Below, piece after piece: positions 60,865-64,000 of a DNA stretch of 64,000 nt (position 1 is its first letter; every line of letters starts with the position of its first letter). A program made the translations under genes and the position numbers. Location: contig DAISZL010000003.1 of the NCBI GenBank assembly GCA_036824825.1, positions 14,626 to 78,625 of the forward strand. The letters are read 5' to 3'. The notes under the pieces are model-generated. The model did not search any database. It had not been told where the DNA came from and saw only the letters and a program-made list of their open reading frames with translations. Origin of the DNA: Opitutaceae bacterium (lineage in GTDB: Bacteria > Verrucomicrobiota > Verrucomicrobiia > Opitutales > Opitutaceae).

Positions 60865-61785
60865 ATGTCTACCGCAGCAGTAATTGATATCGGAAGTAAT
60901 ACGATTAAAGTACTGGTAGCGAGCAAGACTGAATCCGTAAGCACCCCTACCTTACTCAAGACAAAAACGATTGAAGCTAGAATCAGTAAAGGCATAAGCC
61001 GTACGAATCCGCTTCTCACCACGGAGGCCATGCAGCGTGGACTTAGCGCTGTGAAAGATTTACTCCAAGAAGCGAGCGTTTTTAATCCGAATCACATTTT
61101 ACTTGTTGCAACCAGTGCTGTACGAGATGCCCAGAATGGAGCTTATTTCCGTGACTTAATTTTAAAAGAAACAGGACACCCAGTTCACATCTTAACGGGT
61201 GATGAAGAGGCAACAGGGATTGGCCAAGGACTACTATGTGACCCCAATTTAAAGGACCTGACGCATTTCATGGTCTTTGACTTAGGGGGTGGCAGTTTAG
61301 AATGCTTAAATTTTCTAGACAGAAAAATAACGAATCAAGTAAGTCTCCCATTAGGCTGCGTACGACTGACTGAACTGTTTGTTAAAGATAGTGCGCTTGC
61401 ATTCAATGCACACAAGGCCGTCCATGATCATGTTGTTAACACGGTCCAAGTAAGCGGCTTTAAGTTCAGCCCCCATTCAGTCGCCATTGGTACCGGTGGA
61501 ACCTTAACGACTGCACGCTTAATTTTAGCAGCAAAAGAAGGTAAAACCTTAGACAATTCCTCCTCTCTCATAACTTTATCTCAGCTTAAACGATTACATG
61601 CCGAACTTAGTTGTTTGCCTTTAAAAGAAAGACTTTCAACTCCAGGACTTCCTCAGGGCAGAGCGGACGTATTTCCAGTAGCACTTCAGACACTGATTAG
61701 CCTAGCAGAACTTGGTAGATTTGAAACCTACCACCACTCCCTATACAATTTACGCTGGGGACTCGTAGCAAAACTCTTAGCTTGA
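60865..61785 (+). CDS. Ppx/GppA-family phosphatase (short form, N-terminal actin-like domains only)
   Basis: 306 aa with AVIDIGSNTIKVLVA, ATSAVRDAQNG and FDLGGGSLE. Confidence 0.85.
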   Translation: MSTAAVIDIGSNTIKVLVASKTESVSTPTLLKTKTIEARISKGISRTNPLLTTEAMQRGLSAVKDLLQEASVFNPNHILLVATSAVRDAQNGAYFRDLILKETGHPVHILTGDEEATGIGQGLLCDPNLKDLTHFMVFDLGGGSLECLNFLDRKITNQVSLPLGCVRLTELFVKDSALAFNAHKAVHDHVVNTVQVSGFKFSPHSVAIGTGGTLTTARLILAAKEGKTLDNSSSLITLSQLKRLHAELSCLPLKERLSTPGLPQGRADVFPVALQTLISLAELGRFETYHHSLYNLRWGLVAKLLA

Positions 61786-62712
61786 GCGAAGCGCCTTAAT
61801 CGCTTTCTGAAAATCTTTAGGTAAAGGAGCTTTAATATCCATGACTTTACCAGTCTTAGGATGTACGAACTTAAGATGCTCCGAGTGTAGCATGACGCGT
61901 TTTATTTCTGGTAAATTTTCACGCTGCTTAAAACCGTACACGGTATCTCCCAGTAGTACATGACCGAGCGATTTCATATGCACACGGATCTGATGGGTTC
62001 TTCCTGTAAAAAGAATACAGCGAACTAGGGACGCTAGTTTACCAAATTTTTCTACGACTACCCAATCTGTACGCGCACTGCGTCCACTACTCGAAGCAGC
62101 TTCAAAGGTCATCATGCGGTGACGGTGACGTGTATCACGACCAATATTTTTACGTATACTACCGCTCAGTAAATTAGGAACTCCATGTACGAGTGCTAAG
62201 TATTCTTTATCAACTGTGCGTGCCGCGAATTGCTCAGCAAGGGAACGGTGCGCTTCATCATTTTTAGCTACGACCATAGCTCCCGATGTTTCTCTGTCTA
62301 AGCGGTGAACAATACCAGGTCTTTCTACCCCACCGATTCCACTTAAACTGCCTTTGCAATGAGACAGAAGTGCATGCACTAACGTGTCATCTTTCGTTGC
62401 AGCACCGGGATGCACTACCATGCCTACTTGTTTATTTAAAACCAAGATATGCTTATCTTCATACAATACATCGAGTGGTATATCGCGCGCCGATAAATCA
62501 GACGCAACAACGTCAGGAAAAGAAAATGAAATGACATCCCCTGCGTTTACGTTTTGCTTTTGCCCAATCACTTTATCGTTTACACGAACACACCCTGCAG
62601 CAAAAGCGCGTTGAAAGGCAGCACGGCTATGTTCCTGAAATGTGCTCGCAAGAAACTTATCCGCTCTTTGGCTGCGAATACCTGTAGGGATAGTATGGCG
62701 AATTTCTTTCAC
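61777..62712 (-). CDS. rluD: 23S rRNA pseudouridine synthase, RluA/RluD family
   Basis: 311 aa with an S4-like N-terminus, the catalytic [15 protein letters not shown] and GRTHQIRVH. Confidence 0.9.
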   Translation of the reverse strand: MKEIRHTIPTGIRSQRADKFLASTFQEHSRAAFQRAFAAGCVRVNDKVIGQKQNVNAGDVISFSFPDVVASDLSARDIPLDVLYEDKHILVLNKQVGMVVHPGAATKDDTLVHALLSHCKGSLSGIGGVERPGIVHRLDRETSGAMVVAKNDEAHRSLAEQFAARTVDKEYLALVHGVPNLLSGSIRKNIGRDTRHRHRMMTFEAASSSGRSARTDWVVVEKFGKLASLVRCILFTGRTHQIRVHMKSLGHVLLGDTVYGFKQRENLPEIKRVMLHSEHLKFVHPKTGKVMDIKAPLPKDFQKAIKALRSS

Positions 62713-63713
62713 GTGGCTTGATACTGCTTAAGCTTACTACGCAGGGTTGCAAGAGTAGACGCTTTTACTTTTTCCTCAACCTGTGCAACTTCCCAGCCAG
62801 ATTCGATAAGCTTCACGAGTTCCTCGACTGAAAAACCACCTTCTTCGTATAAAGCGAGGTATTCATCAAGTAAGGTATTAGCAAAGCAAAGTGGATCATC
62901 TGTACTCACCGTACATCTGATTCCCGATTTCATAAAGGATCTAAGGGGATGCGTCTTGATCGATTCAACGACATTAAGTCGCACATTACTGATTGGACAC
63001 ATATCAAAGGTAACACCCTGATCCCGTGCTAGTGCAACGACGGCTGGATCCTCAATTGCTCTCACGCCATGCTGAATACGTTTAACACCAAGTAATTCAA
63101 TTGCTTCACGCACCCGTTCAGCTCCACCAAATTCACCCGCGTGGCATTTAGTAATTTTTCCTGCAGCCTGTAACCGTTTCCACACACCAGCGGTCCAAGG
63201 CAAGGTTGGCATACCCTCAAAACCATGAAGATCAATACCTGCTAAATCATCCCAATTTTCTAGATCATCAATCACTGTTTTAAGCGCTCCCTGATATGCG
63301 TCGCGGGGCATACCAGTAAAAATCTTTACGGTAAGACCTTTTGGAACTGCAGAGCGAATAGCTGCAATAATCTCTTTACCAGGTATTCCTAAAAACTGCG
63401 TTACTGGCAGATGGAAACTGGTTTCCACATACGTCACATTAAGAGCTGCGTGTCTCTCAAACATAACACGTGTTGCCTCATAATAACGCTCAGCTGTATT
63501 AAACCAAGGCAGAGCATTATCTAAGAGTATACGCTCAAAATCTGGAAACGTTTTGTAACGATAATGAGGTGCTCGAAAGTCTGGATTTAAGGGATAAGTC
63601 TCAGGTTTCCAGGCATGCAACAGGTCGTACGGAAGAGCCCCTTCAACATGCAAATGCGTCTCTGTTTTCGGCAGAGACGTTAAAAATGCACGCAGTTGTG
63701 AAGAAGCTGGCAC
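62709..63713 (-). CDS. adenosine/adenine deaminase family protein
   Basis: 334 aa with metal-binding THLHVEG, HAGE and TVSTDDP motifs of the A_deaminase fold. The substrate cannot be assigned from the sequence. Confidence 0.8.
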   Translation of the reverse strand: MPASSQLRAFLTSLPKTETHLHVEGALPYDLLHAWKPETYPLNPDFRAPHYRYKTFPDFERILLDNALPWFNTAERYYEATRVMFERHAALNVTYVETSFHLPVTQFLGIPGKEIIAAIRSAVPKGLTVKIFTGMPRDAYQGALKTVIDDLENWDDLAGIDLHGFEGMPTLPWTAGVWKRLQAAGKITKCHAGEFGGAERVREAIELLGVKRIQHGVRAIEDPAVVALARDQGVTFDMCPISNVRLNVVESIKTHPLRSFMKSGIRCTVSTDDPLCFANTLLDEYLALYEEGGFSVEELVKLIESGWEVAQVEEKVKASTLATLRSKLKQYQAT

Positions 63714-64000
63714 TACCCTTTTTTACCCAAGAGGTATTCTGGGTTTAATTTATGCAGTGATTTTGGAACAAACATACCGTCTTTACGGATCAGCTTTCCA
63801 TCAAACCAAATTTCACCACCGCCGTATTCTGGACGTTGAATACAAACCATATCCCAGTGAATCTGAGAACGGTTTCCGTTATCACACTCTTCATACGCTT
63901 GTCCTGGAGTAAAATGGAAGGATCCTGCGATTTTCTCATCAAAGAGAATATCACGCATTGGCTCTAGAATATGTGGATTAAATCCAATAGCGAATTCACC
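63713..64000 (-). CDS. M29-family aminopeptidase (AmpS/PepS-like), C-terminal part (gene continues past window end)
   Basis: The reading frame stays open to the window edge: [52 protein letters not shown]... This is typical of the thermophilic-metalloprotease M29 C-terminus. Confidence 0.75.
   Translation of the reverse strand, partial: GEFAIGFNPHILEPMRDILFDEKIAGSFHFTPGQAYEECDNGNRSQIHWDMVCIQRPEYGGGEIWFDGKLIRKDGMFVPKSLHKLNPEYLLGKKG

Overview
This is a densely packed 64-kb chromosomal window with about 62 protein-coding genes, many joined by 1-8 nt start/stop overlaps. I found no rRNA, tRNA, CRISPR array, transposase, integrase or phage genes. Most of the content is core metabolism and information processing: serA-plsY-hom-lysC-thrC, an RND efflux operon, dgt/cdd/hisS, rpoN, tsaD, ctp, rpmB, fabG-acpP-fabF, folD-proC-hldD, a MacAB/DevBCA-like ABC exporter, pheA, scpB, ilvD, pgi, rsmI and rluD. 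A short accessory-looking stretch (30.8-37.8 kb) carries an NTF2-SGNH esterase fusion, a Tat-exported TIM-barrel isomerase, an AT-rich acyltransferase-3, a DUF1111 dihaem protein and a sulfatase. The stand-out is a 10-gene, translationally coupled minus-strand operon (37965-48820). It encodes a complete alternative complex III (actABCDEF), then a small single-pass membrane protein, then a cbb3-oxidase-like CcoN/CcoO/cytochrome c trio. The CcoN-like subunit appears to have lost nearly all canonical haem/CuB histidine ligands: three His->Gln replacements at well-anchored motifs and only 4 His in 470 aa. It also ends in a CCCC motif. The gene content (ACIII, sulfatase, Tat TIM-barrel protein, sigma-54) suggests a PVC-group (Verrucomicrobiota-like) diderm, but that is inference only. 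All protein calls rest on motif recognition by eye. No database search or computed alignment was possible.
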